From contig JBHGNT010000006.1 of NCBI GenBank assembly GCA_043228905.1, positions 744,001 through 808,000 on the forward strand: DNA of 64,000 nt, in the 5' to 3' direction. This document shows positions 45,945-57,837 of the stretch, piece by piece. This DNA is from Azolla caroliniana. Lineage: Eukaryota; Plantae; Polypodiophyta. How positions within the stretch are numbered: the first letter of the stretch is position 1; every line of letters begins with the position of its first letter. A program made the position numbers and the translations under genes. Under the pieces are notes generated by a model. The model was not told the origin of the DNA and ran no database searches. It saw only the letters and a list, made by a program, of their open reading frames with translations.

Positions 45945-48105
45945 AAAACAAAATAACTAAAAACAGAGAATACACAGATTTTACCATGGAAACCCGAGTT
46001 GGGAAAAACGATGCGGAGTCTAGTTGCTCCGAAACAGATCACTATGATGATGAGGGGGGTACAACAAGAAACTCAGAGGAACCGACCTTGAGTTCTTCTT
46101 CGTCAATAGACGGCTATTGAGTTCCACTTAGTCACACTCTCCCTCTCTCACACGTTCTCTCAGTTACGAAGCCAACCACCCCGTTCTAACTATCTCACCA
46201 TAATGATACACATATAATGATTGCCCGAGATGTTTATATACTAGTACAACTTTCGGACTATTTACAAGTATAGCCCACGGAGGCTTATTTCGACTATTTA
46301 CAAATATAGTCTCCCAAATTGGCTATCTACACGATTTCGGTTTCAGCCTCGGCCGAGTTCCTCATCAACTCGACTCTTCTCTCTTCCCATCCGGAGGGAC
46401 CTGTTTCCCAACATGTTATGTGTATGTGTGAGAGGAAAGAGGGAAGAGAAGAGAAAACACAAGATAGATTAGATAGAATGGAAAATAGAATACTCAAGAA
46501 GAAAGTGTATATTCACAAGGAGAATATGAGATACAAAATGTAGCATTACAAGGAGTCACAACCGACTTAGTATGAAGTAGGAGAAGGGTGCTTTATATAA
46601 GGTCACCCTCTCTCTTCCTTAACTCACTACAACAACTACTCTCTCTTGGGGAATGTTGTTGTCCGCCGGAATAGTAACCGACGGACAAGAGCGTTGTAAT
46701 AGGGAAAAGAATAATATTGTAACGCATGTAACGGTTCACGCAGGAAGCGTGAATGGCTAAAAGACCCTGCGTATATAAAGGGCAGAAAAACCTCTGATAG
46801 AGGTAGCGTATAATGTTGAATGGAAAAGGCGTATCTTAATAGAGTTCCATCTTCTCTAATATCTTTGCGTATCTGTGGTTAACCTATTGTGTGTCTGTAA
46901 TCCTTAAGAGCGTAAGCGTGAGTAATAGTGTGCACGCTAGCCCACTGTCTAAGGAGCTCGGTTGTAGCCATCTCCCTTATATGATGCTAGGTTACGGGAG
47001 GTATCCCACTAAGTATTACGCACATACGCTACCATTCGTTGTCACACAGTCACTTTGAGGTCTAGGTCGAAGGACTGACCATAGACCGTGTTCCTAATCG
47101 GTAACACTTTTGGCATGCTTGGTGATCTGTGTCTTCTCATAGATGAACAACGACGAATGGATGTTTAGCCGCAAACGCCCCAGAGAACCAACACGACAAG
47201 ACCGGCCAATCACAAGGTCCATCACACGCCAAGTAGAGGAACGCGCACGGAAAAAGCCTTGCCTCAGTGACCTTAGTACTACCTGTCGGGACCACAAGGA
47301 CGATTTCTCGCTCTCCAAATACCTCGACAATACGCGGGAAGCGTTGTCGGGGTTGCTACGCCCTTGCGTGCAGAAAGGAGGAGGGACCACGGGGGTCTTG
47401 GACCGAAGAGCAAGAGAGAGAGAGAGAGAACCGATTACACAGAACCGAAGATTGCACGGGGACACGGCCCAACAAACAGAGATCACAAATAAACGCCGAC
47501 GCAGACGGACGCAACAACGAAAGATATGTACTTATGAATGCAAGAAAATAACAGACTAAAGTATTACAACCCACGGTGGGGCACGGAATAGATACTAACG
47601 AAAACGAACAGGGCGGCGATCAGATGCCGACCCCTGTATGACGCGACGCACAGAAAGGGGGAAACAGGTCGGAGGTGCTGCAGGACGCACTCGGGGCGTT
47701 CCACGGAACAGCGCAAGCCTCCTCGAAACCTGCACAGGTACGCGATGGAGCAGAAGACAGAGAAAGCAGGAGTGAGAGAGGAGCTTCGAAATCGGTTCGG
47801 CAGCACTTCGTCCTCTCCGCGCGAGATCCCCCACTTCTATTCTTCCTCTTCCTTTTTATATCCCGTCCAGAGGCCGTTTGGCATTAACTGCACACCAACC
47901 GAATCTACCCACCTAGGATCCTCGTATGTACCTACTTCGTCCTTAGGTACTTCTTGGCGCGCGTGTGCGTGTAGAGCCGTTTCCCCACGCCTTGTTCCTC
48001 CGATTCCCCTTGTGGGCGGTTTTCTTCACGACATCCGCCCCCACCTAACCGCGCATCCACCGGCATGCGCCAAATTAAGTTGGCACGGAGAAAACCGGCC
48101 CGCCT

Positions 48106-51100
48106 TTACTCTTCGCCTGCCGGCCCTTCCTCGGCCTCGGATCGGTCGTCGCTGCTGTCCAGGAGAATCGGGTCGGGTTCGTCGTCGTGCCGCTTCTTGA
48201 AAGCTTTGATCCTCTTCCCGGCCACGGGTATCGCTATTCTCGTACCGTCGAGTTCCGCCAGATGATACGTCCCATTGTCGTTGGCGCTCCGTACCATGTA
48301 AGGCCCGAACCACCTACGTGCGAACTTCCGTGCGGCTCGGTGCTGGTTGTCGAGGCTGCTGTCGTAGACGAGCACCCAGTCACCTTCTTCGATTTTCTTC
48401 GGTCGGAGCCGGTGCGTTCGGTCGAACCTGGCTTTGTTCTTTGCCCTCGCCACCCGGAGCCTCTCCGTAGCCAATTCCACGTCTTCCGGTCTCCGCTCGA
48501 GTTGTCGTATACGCGCGGCCAACAACTCCTCCCGGCTCATCTCGTCCCTCCAATCGACCGTTGCCCATGAGGGGATCATCCGTTCCATTGGCATGATCGG
48601 CTTCTGGCCGAACATGAGCTCCGTCGGCATGTACCCGGTTACCGAACTGTGCGTAGTCCGGTCGGCCCACAAAGCATAAGGTAGAAGTCGCGGCCAGTTA
48701 CCGATTTGGCCCCCGCATGCCCGAACCAGCGCTTTAACGATCGGCCCGTGTCCGCGCTCCACCTTTCCATTCGCCTCCGGGTTGTACGCACTGGTGAGCG
48801 AGAGTTTGACTCCCAGCCGATCAAACAGCTCCGCGGCTTCCTCGGTGTCCAACTCCCCTCGGTCAGCCACGATCTTCCCGACGCACCCGTACCGGCATAT
48901 CACGTCCTCGATCAGGAACCGACACACGGCCGCGGTCGTCTTATTCTGAAGGGCTCGGCCTTCCACCTGGTTCGTCAGGTCTTCCCGCGCTAGGACCAGA
49001 TACCGCATCTGTCCTACCCCCATCGGCATCGTCACTAGATCTACCATCCATTTGAAGTGGATAGTCGGAGGGTACGTAGGGCGAAGCCCGTCCCGGTGTC
49101 GGACTATCGAGTGCATCTGACAACTCTCGCAAGTTGACACGAACTGATGCACGTCCCGGTACAATCCCGGCCACCAGTACTTCCCCTTCAGCTTCTCAAA
49201 TGTCGCCCACGTTCCACGGTGTCCAGCCCAAGGGCTGCCGTGGTAGGCCGCCAGTAGCTCCTCCTGTTCTTCCTTCATCGCCACCACCCGGAGCGGGACG
49301 CCGTTCTTCTTCTTCGGGTGCTTCCACAAATGCCCATCTCGGAGAAGGAATCGATATGCTTTCTTCCGGATCCGGTTGGCCTCGTCCTTCGTCCATGACG
49401 CATCAGGCGTCATTGTCTTCAAAAACCCGCCGATCTGCAGCCACTCCCCGTCGTACTTGCTCGCGTCGAACTCGTTAAGCGCCGGAGTGCTCATCCCGTC
49501 GGTCGTCATGTATGCCGCCTCGAAGAAATCCACGCCGACTTCTTCGTCTTCCGAAACCATGCCGCCCTCGTCGTCGAACCTCGCTCTCGAAAGCATGTCG
49601 GCCATGGCGTTGTCTTTCCCGGAAATGTGTCGTATTTCCGGGTCCAGGGACTTGATGTACGCTATCCACCTGAGCATCGCCAGGTCCGGAGTCGCGCATC
49701 CGGAAACCATACCGAGAATCGGCAGGCAATCCGTCTCGATGATCACTTCTGTCCCTATCAGGTAGTCTTTGTCGGCCTTAACCGCCGAAACAATACCCCA
49801 GAGTTCGCGTTTAACCTGGGCGTATCCTCGCTGCCGTTCACTGAGGACTTTCGCGCCGAATCGGATCGGAAACCGATTGCCGTCCTCGTCTTCCTGGTTC
49901 ACGACCCATCCGATCCCGGTCGGACTGGTATCCACCGTTATGAATACCGGGGTACCCTTCCCGTATACCGCCTTCCGAAGTGCCGGTGCCGCTGCAAGAG
50001 CTTCTTTCAGCTTCCGGCCCGATTCCGCGTGCTCGCCTAGCCATTCGAACCTTCGCCCCTTTTTCAGCAACCCGTACAGTGGCTCCGCGACGTGTGCGTA
50101 ATGCGGGATCCATATGTGGTAGAACGCGCATGCCCCCAGAAATCTCCGTACTTCCGTGACCGAGCTGCAGTCGGGCTTCATCGCGGAGATGGCTTCTATC
50201 TTTGCCGGAGACGACTTCCGGCCATATGGTCCGCACAGGTGTCCGACCACCATGATTTCTGACTGCCCGAAGGCCGACTTCTCCCCGGAGAAGGTGAGTC
50301 TCGCATCCTCTAACCTTTGCAGCACCTTCTCGCAGTCGTCGATGTGCGTTACCACGAATCGCCGGCATCCGTCCGGGCCGATCGTCTCGTCCTTTTCTTC
50401 CACCGGGCATCCCTTGATCGGGATGTCGTCCAGAAACGGCATGGTGATGTCCGGGATACAGTCCCTCAGAACCTTGTTCATCGCATTCACCATGTGGGCC
50501 ACCGAGTTGGTCCCTCCTTGCGGCAGTGTACACATCCGAACTAGGCCGAGGGGAGTTCGCATCGTCGTAATGTCTCTGCTCTCCACGGCTAGCTGGAACT
50601 GGTCGTACCCTGAGTATAGATCCCCGACCGAGTAAATTGACCTTCCGGCGAAGGCCTCCGCGAACTCGTCTATGGTCGGTCCGATCCCTGCGTTCCGAAT
50701 CGTCACTCGATTGACCGGCTGCAGGTCCTGGATGAAGCGCAACGAACCGTTTTTCTTCGGTACGGTAAACCATCGATTCGAATACGGGGCGCTCGACGGC
50801 TCGAGAATTCCCATATCAACTTTCTGCCTCAGCAGCTCCATCAACTTCGGGATGTGAGCTCTCGGAACCGGGATTGGCTTGAGATTCCATGGTACATGCG
50901 GTACCGTGAATATCACCATCGGCTCCACGATCGTCGGGTCAACGCACCCGATTTCCTCCGGCGAGAATGCGAAGGCTTTCCCGTGCCTTCCGAGCATTCT
51001 CTGAAACCGGTCTTCCTCCGCCGGCAGTAGGAACCCGCCCCCACCGATTTTGAGCTCTCGGAGCGTCTCGTCGGTGAAGGTGTGTCCTATGCAGGCCGGA

Positions 51101-51597
51101 TCTCGTAGACTAGGGTCCGATGCAACCCCTTTGATTCTCGACGCGCTGTCCTCCGGTAAGGGTGCCGCGACTGGCCTTACCTTCCGGTCCACAGTCTTGT
51201 ACTTGGTGCTTACGTGGGCCGTCCGAACTGACTCGAGCCCTCGACCGAAGTCCGCGATGGCTTCGTACATCTCCTCGGAACACACCGGTATCGTCCGGTC
51301 TTCGTTAAGGCCTTCTTCGACTACCTTTCCCAGCATTCCCAAGGTGTCGTCGAATGAGACCGCCTCCACGGCTCCGTTGATTTCCTCGTCAGGGCCGAGA
51401 ACTCCGCACGCTCGAAGTCTCCCCTCCGCCTTTCTCTTCTCCCGGCCGCCGATGCCGACTATCGTACACGCTCCGCTGTCGGAGAACAAAAATTCCCTAC
51501 CTATGGTACAAGGTTTCTTCGGTTTTATCGTACAGGTGTGGGGTTTTCCCGGGGTGTCCGGACTGTCGCGGCCCCACGCCTTGGCAGTCCTCTCTAA
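48106..51597 (-). CDS. Element G ORF2: RT-RNase H-integrase, predicted to be reached by -1 frameshift
   Basis: Stop-free from the slippery site (51597-51603) to 48106. All RT/RH/INT motifs present. Acidic tail, no chromodomain. Confidence 0.92.
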   Translation of the reverse strand, partial: LERTAKAWGRDSPDTPGKPHTCTIKPKKPCTIGREFLFSDSGACTIVGIGGREKRKAEGRLRACGVLGPDEEINGAVEAVSFDDTLGMLGKVVEEGLNEDRTIPVCSEEMYEAIADFGRGLESVRTAHVSTKYKTVDRKVRPVAAPLPEDSASRIKGVASDPSLRDPACIGHTFTDETLRELKIGGGGFLLPAEEDRFQRMLGRHGKAFAFSPEEIGCVDPTIVEPMVIFTVPHVPWNLKPIPVPRAHIPKLMELLRQKVDMGILEPSSAPYSNRWFTVPKKNGSLRFIQDLQPVNRVTIRNAGIGPTIDEFAEAFAGRSIYSVGDLYSGYDQFQLAVESRDITTMRTPLGLVRMCTLPQGGTNSVAHMVNAMNKVLRDCIPDITMPFLDDIPIKGCPVEEKDETIGPDGCRRFVVTHIDDCEKVLQRLEDARLTFSGEKSAFGQSEIMVVGHLCGPYGRKSSPAKIEAISAMKPDCSSVTEVRRFLGACAFYHIWIPHYAHVAEPLYGLLKKGRRFEWLGEHAESGRKLKEALAAAPALRKAVYGKGTPVFITVDTSPTGIGWVVNQEDEDGNRFPIRFGAKVLSERQRGYAQVKRELWGIVSAVKADKDYLIGTEVIIETDCLPILGMVSGCATPDLAMLRWIAYIKSLDPEIRHISGKDNAMADMLSRARFDDEGGMVSEDEEVGVDFFEAAYMTTDGMSTPALNEFDASKYDGEWLQIGGFLKTMTPDASWTKDEANRIRKKAYRFLLRDGHLWKHPKKKNGVPLRVVAMKEEQEELLAAYHGSPWAGHRGTWATFEKLKGKYWWPGLYRDVHQFVSTCESCQMHSIVRHRDGLRPTYPPTIHFKWMVDLVTMPMGVGQMRYLVLAREDLTNQVEGRALQNKTTAAVCRFLIEDVICRYGCVGKIVADRGELDTEEAAELFDRLGVKLSLTSAYNPEANGKVERGHGPIVKALVRACGGQIGNWPRLLPYALWADRTTHSSVTGYMPTELMFGQKPIMPMERMIPSWATVDWRDEMSREELLAARIRQLERRPEDVELATERLRVARAKNKARFDRTHRLRPKKIEEGDWVLVYDSSLDNQHRAARKFARRWFGPYMVRSANDNGTYHLAELDGTRIAIPVAGKRIKAFKKRHDDEPDPILLDSSDDRSEAEEGPAGEE

Positions 51598-53720
51598 AAA
51601 TCCTCTCGGTTTTCGGAACCGAGGGAATCGCGGTTACGTTCGTGGTTCGGTCTTACCGTCAGAAACTGGACCGAATGGCGCCCGTCTTGGCTTTTGACCC
51701 TCGCGTAGGCCGAACCATTGTCCAGCACTTTGGTCTCCATCCGCGCCGCCGTAATGTACGGTTCTCCCAGAATGACCGGATGCGAAGACGTCTCCTGCAC
51801 GAAGAAGTGCTGGTCAATCTCGTCGTCGCCAATCTTGACCCGCACATTCGGACAGGCCCCGTGCAGTTCCTCGGTGGCGCGCGTTGCTGCCCTTATTTTC
51901 CACCCGTGCTTGGTGTTGATCGGCCATTTGCCCTTCTTATAGAAGTCCATGGACATCAAATTGATCTCCGATCCGTGGTCCACCAAAGCTATCACCGGTT
52001 CCCGGACATCGCCGATCTTCACCGGGGTTTCCGTGGTTGCTCGGGCCCAGTGTGGTCTCGAATAGTGGCTTTCCGCCCACTCGTCTCCCAGCGCCATGTC
52101 GTCTAGGTGCGTCGTCCGCACTTCCACCGGTCTTTCCGGTTCTGTCTCCGTCGACAGCCTCTTCCGTTTCACCAAGTCCACGATGGAGTCGTGGAACTCC
52201 TTCTTGGCGATTCCCAGCACCTCCCGTAACGACAGCTCCACCTTGCTGTCGAGGATCCGTTCCTCCAGGACCTTTCGTAAGTCCGTGGTCCTTTCTATCT
52301 CCGTCCCCAGACGGTACCCGCCCTTCTGGGGTTTATCTTGCGTACCGGCCCCGCCGGCTTCATCCCGTCGTGGCCCGGACCGGGTCTCGTATCGTTGTGA
52401 GGGCCCGGTCGTCCCGGGTCTCCCCACCCGCTTCTCTTCTACCAGAGCCTCGTAGTTCTGGCAAGCAGCTTCCACGAAGCCCGTCCTTTCCTCGACCGGG
52501 TCGCTCCACCCGGTCATCTCCCGTACCCGTTTCTCCGCACGGTCCGATTCCTCCCTCTTCATCCTCGTATCGGCAAGGCCTTCCAGCACCGTCGGCCAGA
52601 ATCCGGCTTTGCTTTCCCTCCGGGCCTCGCCGCCCCCAACTCGAATGCCGGCCGACGCCGAGTAGTGGACGGTTTCCGCGTGTCGGGCCGCCGCCTCTTC
52701 CATCACCCTTTTCATACCGCCTTTTCCGTCGTTTCGGCTCAGGGCCCTTCGGGTGTCGCTGGCATGCACCCGTCCTTCCCACAGGTACACCACCTTGTTC
52801 CTCAGCGCCTCCGCGAAGTCGCCGCAGTCCTTCCGAATGTGGCCGACCTCATCGCACCACATGCACCTGTTTCCTGCCGCCGGCCGTCGGTCACGAGCCG
52901 GTTCGCCTCCTTCCCTTCGGGCCTGCGCGATTTGGAGGTCCTTTATCGCCTTCGTCAATTCCTCCAGCGCCTCTCCTCCGGTTGAGCCTCTAACTACGCC
53001 GGTCGAAGCCGAACCGGTTTCCAACCACTCCCGGGTCTCTTCCTTGCGCACCTGTGGCGCTGGTTCGAGCTTCCTTGCTGCGACCGAGCCCGACCCGGCC
53101 GCCCCGTTATCCGCCCATTCTCGCCGTTTGTCGAAACGGCCACAGACCTTCCTGACAGCCGCCCAGTCGGTAGTGAGCCCGTCTTCGGTTTCCAGCAAGA
53201 AGCCCACTTGCTCCCGATCCCGCTCGTCGACCGACTTGACAAACAGCAAGACCCGGCTCGTGTCCAGGATGGTTCGGTCAAGCGCCGAAAGGCGCGCAAA
53301 GTTTTCCTCGAACTCCCGGAGGAGCGCCGACGCGTTTCTTCCCTTCCCCGGGGACTCCACCCATTCCATGAACCTTCGCTTCGAAAGCCGGAGCGCGTCG
53401 TCCAGCCCGTATTTCTCTAGGAGCCGACCTTCGAACTCCTCCCAGGTACGGCTCTCCGTCCGCACCTCGAGCACCTCCGCATGGATGCTCGGCATCGCTA
53501 CTCGGGGAAATCCGGCAAGACGCCTTTCTTCCGGAATGTCCCGCATCAGCATCTCTGCACCGTAGGACGCCAAATACTTCGTGGCATCCTTCCCATCGAA
53601 CCGGCCGATCGTGCCGACGACCGCCTCAATAGCTCTGTCGAGGGCACCGGTGCTCTCGCGCGCGTTTACAATCCGATCCACGGCCGAAGCCATGGCCTCT
53701 GCGAGATCCGACCCCCTCAT
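51594..53720 (-). CDS. Element G ORF1: Gag, zinc knuckle and protease (708 aa)
   Basis: Nearly identical to F ORF1; ATG at 53720 just after the PBS. Confidence 0.92.
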   Translation of the reverse strand: MRGSDLAEAMASAVDRIVNARESTGALDRAIEAVVGTIGRFDGKDATKYLASYGAEMLMRDIPEERRLAGFPRVAMPSIHAEVLEVRTESRTWEEFEGRLLEKYGLDDALRLSKRRFMEWVESPGKGRNASALLREFEENFARLSALDRTILDTSRVLLFVKSVDERDREQVGFLLETEDGLTTDWAAVRKVCGRFDKRREWADNGAAGSGSVAARKLEPAPQVRKEETREWLETGSASTGVVRGSTGGEALEELTKAIKDLQIAQARREGGEPARDRRPAAGNRCMWCDEVGHIRKDCGDFAEALRNKVVYLWEGRVHASDTRRALSRNDGKGGMKRVMEEAAARHAETVHYSASAGIRVGGGEARRESKAGFWPTVLEGLADTRMKREESDRAEKRVREMTGWSDPVEERTGFVEAACQNYEALVEEKRVGRPGTTGPSQRYETRSGPRRDEAGGAGTQDKPQKGGYRLGTEIERTTDLRKVLEERILDSKVELSLREVLGIAKKEFHDSIVDLVKRKRLSTETEPERPVEVRTTHLDDMALGDEWAESHYSRPHWARATTETPVKIGDVREPVIALVDHGSEINLMSMDFYKKGKWPINTKHGWKIRAATRATEELHGACPNVRVKIGDDEIDQHFFVQETSSHPVILGEPYITAARMETKVLDNGSAYARVKSQDGRHSVQFLTVRPNHERNRDSLGSENREDF

Positions 53721-54456
53721 TTCCTGCTCTTCTGCCGCCTCTTTCACGTCGGGTTCACCAAGATGTCGGGGTTGCTACGCCCTTGCGTGCAGAAAGGAGG
53801 AGGGACCACGGGGGTCTTGGACCGAAGAGCAAGAGAGAGAGAGAGAGAACCGATTACACAGAACCGTAGATTGCACGGGGACACGGCCCAACAAACAGAG
53901 ATCACAAATAAACGCCGACGCAGACGGACGCAACAACGAAAGATATGTACTTATGAATGCAAGAAAATAACAGACTAAAGTATTACAACCCACGATGGGG
54001 CACGGAATAGATACTAACGAAAACGAACAGGGCGGCGATCAGATGCCGACCCCTGTATGACGCGACGCACAGAAAGGGGGAAACAGGTCGGAGGTGCTGC
54101 AGGACGCACTCGGGGCGTTCCACGGAACAGCGCAAGCCTCCTCGAAACCTGCACAGGTACGCGATGGAGCAGAAGACAGAGAAAGCAGGAGTGAGAGAGG
54201 AGCTTCGAAATCGGTTCGGCAGCACTTCGTCCTCTCCGCGCGAGATCCCCCACTTCTATTCTTCCTCTTCCTTTTTATATCCCGTCCAGAGGCCGTTTGG
54301 CATTAACTGCACACCAACCGAATCTACCCACCTAGGATCCTCGTATGTACCTACTTCGTCCTTAGGTACTTCTTGGCGCGCGTGTGCGTGTAGAGCCGTT
54401 TCCCCACGCCTTGTTCCTCCGATTCCCCTTGTGGGCGGTTTTCTTCACGACAGCGT

Positions 54457-57400
54457 GCTCACCACAAAAGCGCTGCGGTCTTTCCCTACCCGTCGTAGCA
54501 CCCAGCATGGCCTTTGCCTATCCCCGCTTCAACGACGAAACCGACGCTGCAACCTACATCCGCCTGTTCCTCAATGTCTGGAATGCAAACCACATGGCGC
54601 AAAGCCTTTCCGAGGCAGTAGCGCACCAGTCCAAAATGACGGAGTTCGAATTAACCTTGGATGGGAGAGCGACGTTTTGGCATTCGCAGATGGATCTGCT
54701 AGCAATCACGACCTTAGACCAGCTACAGTTAGCCTTTCTGCGGTTTTTTCATCGGAGGGTGCCGCAACGCGAAATCCTCGGGCAGTTCTACACAATTAAG
54801 CAGTTGCCGACCGAGACGGTCGCGGATTTCAGCTTACGTTTCCAAAATCTACGGCGGAAATTAGAACGGTGCCCGATGGAGGACGAGGCTAGGGAGACAT
54901 TTCTGGCAGCATTACGCCGACCCATACGAACAACGTTCAACAACAATATCGTGAAAGGGGAAACGACCGATATGGTCATAGAAAGAGCGCTACAGCTCAA
55001 GCTGGATGAAGAAGAGGAAATATTTTCCATGTCCTCATTACGACAAGCGTTACCTCAGGATGAGGAACAACATTTTCGTCAAGCAATCTAGTGCACGATT
55101 TGCTTGAATTTTGGGCATTCCGTAGTTGAATGCAACATGCGAATCCACTGTCCAATCTGTCACTCGAAAGCTCACACAGTTGAGCAGTGCGAGTACAATA
55201 TGTTGAACAGAGCCACGCCCACAGTACGCAGCGTGGACACACAATGTCCCCCACGCCGTAATGAACAACGACGGCAGCAAGACCGACCACAGTATATGGA
55301 TCGCAATCCACGCGATGACCGGCACTACCGGAATCACCGGAATCACCGGAGGATGAAGACTATCGTGGCCACCCCAAAAATACTAAAGGGCGCCGATGCT
55401 ATGAGAATTACCGTCTGACAAACAAACATGGCGGCTTCAATGGACCTTGTGGAAAGCATCGGCAATATTGGGACCAACGACAGTATGACGAAAGTTCGGA
55501 CGATGACTGGCACCAGGAACCATGCCGGGACCAACAACAACCACTGCGTACGCTCCGACGAACGAATAAGGACCGGGAGGAGCAAGTCACACCTGGGGAT
55601 CGACACACACCACCAGGGACCGAGAAGGGTGAATCTAGCATCCATTGTTTTGTTTGTCAACAACCCGGACATTATGCCACACAATGCCCAGTACGCAAGG
55701 GCAAGGGGCCCGCTGTCAATACGAGTACGACGGAGGTATAGCAAGTCACGACACGTCAACAAACAAAAATTGATGATTGGGCCGCACAAGATGAGATATG
55801 GCGGACAACCCAGAAATGGGTTGAAAAAGCAAACGCGACAAATAAGGAGTGCATGCGGAAGGAGTTCGCAAACATGGTGGACCTATTGGAGGACGAGGGA
55901 CCATCCCCAGACCCCATATGGCAAGCACTGACAGGCTGCGAGATAACGTTAACCATGGAGAAGCTGCTGCAACTAGTCCCATGATTTCGCCAGGCCGTGG
56001 AAGAGCGAGTGACGGGAAAACCTGGGGTAAGTGTCGCCGTGAATTTTACGAACATTAGCAACAAACTGACAGTAGTGCATCACCACAACCCGGCTATTAA
56101 GTTGATATTACACGGTCAAGAAATCCCAATATGCGTAATCGATGGAGGCTCGGGCGTTAATGTAATTAGCGCGAAGACATGCGAACAATTGGGAATTTCA
56201 GAATGGGAAGCTTGCCTATTCTGGCTCCGCATGGCAGATACCCGGTCAGTGAGACCATTAGGGTTGATACACAAGGTAGGCATTATTGTGGGAGGACATC
56301 GCTTCGACATCTCGGCGGTAGTCCTCGCCCTTGACGCCCCAGGGGCGTATCCTATGTTGTTGGGAAAACCATGGCTTCGTTCAACAAATATCAAGCAGAT
56401 CTGGCAACACAAGTGTATCAACTTTCGACGCAGACGCATCAAGGTCCGCGTACCAACAGAGGAAATGGCGACACAACCCAAGGGCATAACACCCTTGTAC
56501 GCGGAGGATATAAATATGCTAGCTGGGGTGGATTATATAGAATTAGAGGCATACCTAGACAAGCACCCTCGGATTATTCCGCTGTTCGAAATCGAAGTCA
56601 TCGAAACCGTGATGAAATATGCCACGCCCACTACACTGCACAACGAGGCTTACGAACCAAACCCAGACTCAATATTAGAACTAAGCAAAGCACGGGCATC
56701 GTTTGAGAGGGAAATGAAAATTTAACGGCGAGTTACCGCCTCAGCCCTGGAAGAAGTAAACGTAGGTACGACGTAAGAACCCCGGTTCCTCTCCATCGCA
56801 AAAGAATTAAGGCCGGACCAAAGAGACGCAATGATAGCACTACTCAAGAAGTATAAAGATGTGTTCGCCTGGGCCCACAAGGACATGAAGGGGTTAGATC
56901 CAAAGTTCTATCAACATAAGATCAATTTAGCAACCGACGCGAAACCGGTCTAGCAACGTCGATACCACATGAACCCAAACTACGCGGCCCGCGTAAAAGA
57001 AGAAATTGACAAACTCCTCAAGGCGGGATTCATATGGCCAGTTAAACAAGCTACATGGTTAAGCCCGATCGTAGTCATACCAAAGAAAAATGGCAAAATA
57101 CGGGTATGCGTGGACTATGGAAAATTAAACGTCGTAACCATTATAGACGCATTCCCTTTACCCTACACCGATAGCGTACTGGACGTCATCGCAGGGCATG
57201 ATATGTACAATTTTTTAGATGGCTTCAGTGGGTACAACCAAGTACGCATGCACCCCGACGACCAAAAGAAGACGGCGTTTGTCATGGACTGGAGAGTCTA
57301 TATTGCAGTTGTCACGATGTTCGGGCTAAAGACAGCGCCGACGACATTTCAACGGAAAATCACGGAGATTTTTGGGGAATATATTCCGGCCTTCATGCAA

Positions 57401-57837
57401 GTTTTTTTAGAATATTTTGCGATATATGGGAGAACAACCGACCATTTTATGCATCTGCAACTGTGCCTGGAACGTTGCCGCAATGTACGCTTAAGCCTGA
57501 ATCTCGCCAAATGTGCCTTCGGCATTACCAACGGGGCTCTCCTCAGCCATATAGTCAGCAAGGAAGGGATAGCAGTCGATCCGAATAAAATCTCCGTGAT
57601 TACCCAAGCGAAAACACTGACAAATGCGAAATCACTCAACTGCTTTTTAGGAGAAATATGCTGGCACAGTCGGATGATACGCTATTTGGCGGACTTCGCC
57701 ACGCCGTTACATGCTGCCATTCATCGGACTCCCTTCCAATGGACAGCGACGGAAGAAAAAGCATATGATGCGCTAAAGGTAATGCTAACGCAGGCACCCG
57801 TCGTACAACCACCAGTTTGGGCGAAGCCATTCCACGT
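54457..57837 (+). pseudogene. Element I gag-PR-RT remnant
   Basis: CTICLNFGHSVVEC and CPICHSKAHTVEQC knuckles, protease and RT motifs, with several stops and frameshifts. Confidence 0.85.

Larger units (their letters stand above)
23259..46413 (-). mobile_element. Element C: decayed Tork-like Copia inserted in the 5' LTR of A; hosts D, E and F
   Basis: TSD TGTTA at 23254-23258 and 46414-46418. 3' LTR at 23259-24565 (expanded by insertions), 5' LTR at 45866-46413. PPT next to 24566, Met PBS at 45853-45863. Coding remnants at 24576-26749 and 44068-45663. Confidence 0.92.
6779..46656 (-). mobile_element. Element A: old, decayed Ty1/Copia retrotransposon, outermost host of the nest; both outer ends uncertain
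   Basis: Minus-strand PPT GAGGGGGCG then TGTTGAG (3' LTR inner edge at 6908). RH/RT at 12.6-14.0 kb and INT/PR/gag at 20.1-23.05 kb. tRNA-iMet PBS (CTCTGATACCA on + strand) ends at 23210. The 5' LTR at 23211-23258 resumes at 46419 after element C and is interrupted again by element I at 46657. Confidence 0.8.
47345..54452 (-). mobile_element. Element G: full-length, intact tRNA-Trp-primed Ty3/Gypsy, same group as F
   Basis: 689-bp LTRs at 47345-48033 and 53764-54452 (two mismatches seen). 4-bp TSD GCGT. Trp PBS at 53743-53760. Both ORFs are uninterrupted. Confidence 0.97.
46657..57837 (+). mobile_element. Element I: decayed non-chromoviral (Athila/Tat-related) Ty3/Gypsy; hosts G and H; 3' part beyond the window
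   Basis: 5' LTR at 46657-47106 (TGTTG..TAACA) and PBS-like TGGCATGCTTGGTG at 47111. gag at 47143-47344 plus 54457 onward, with two CCHC knuckles. Protease VIDGGSGVN; RT FLDGFSGYNQ and FGLKTAPTTFQR. Confidence 0.85.
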
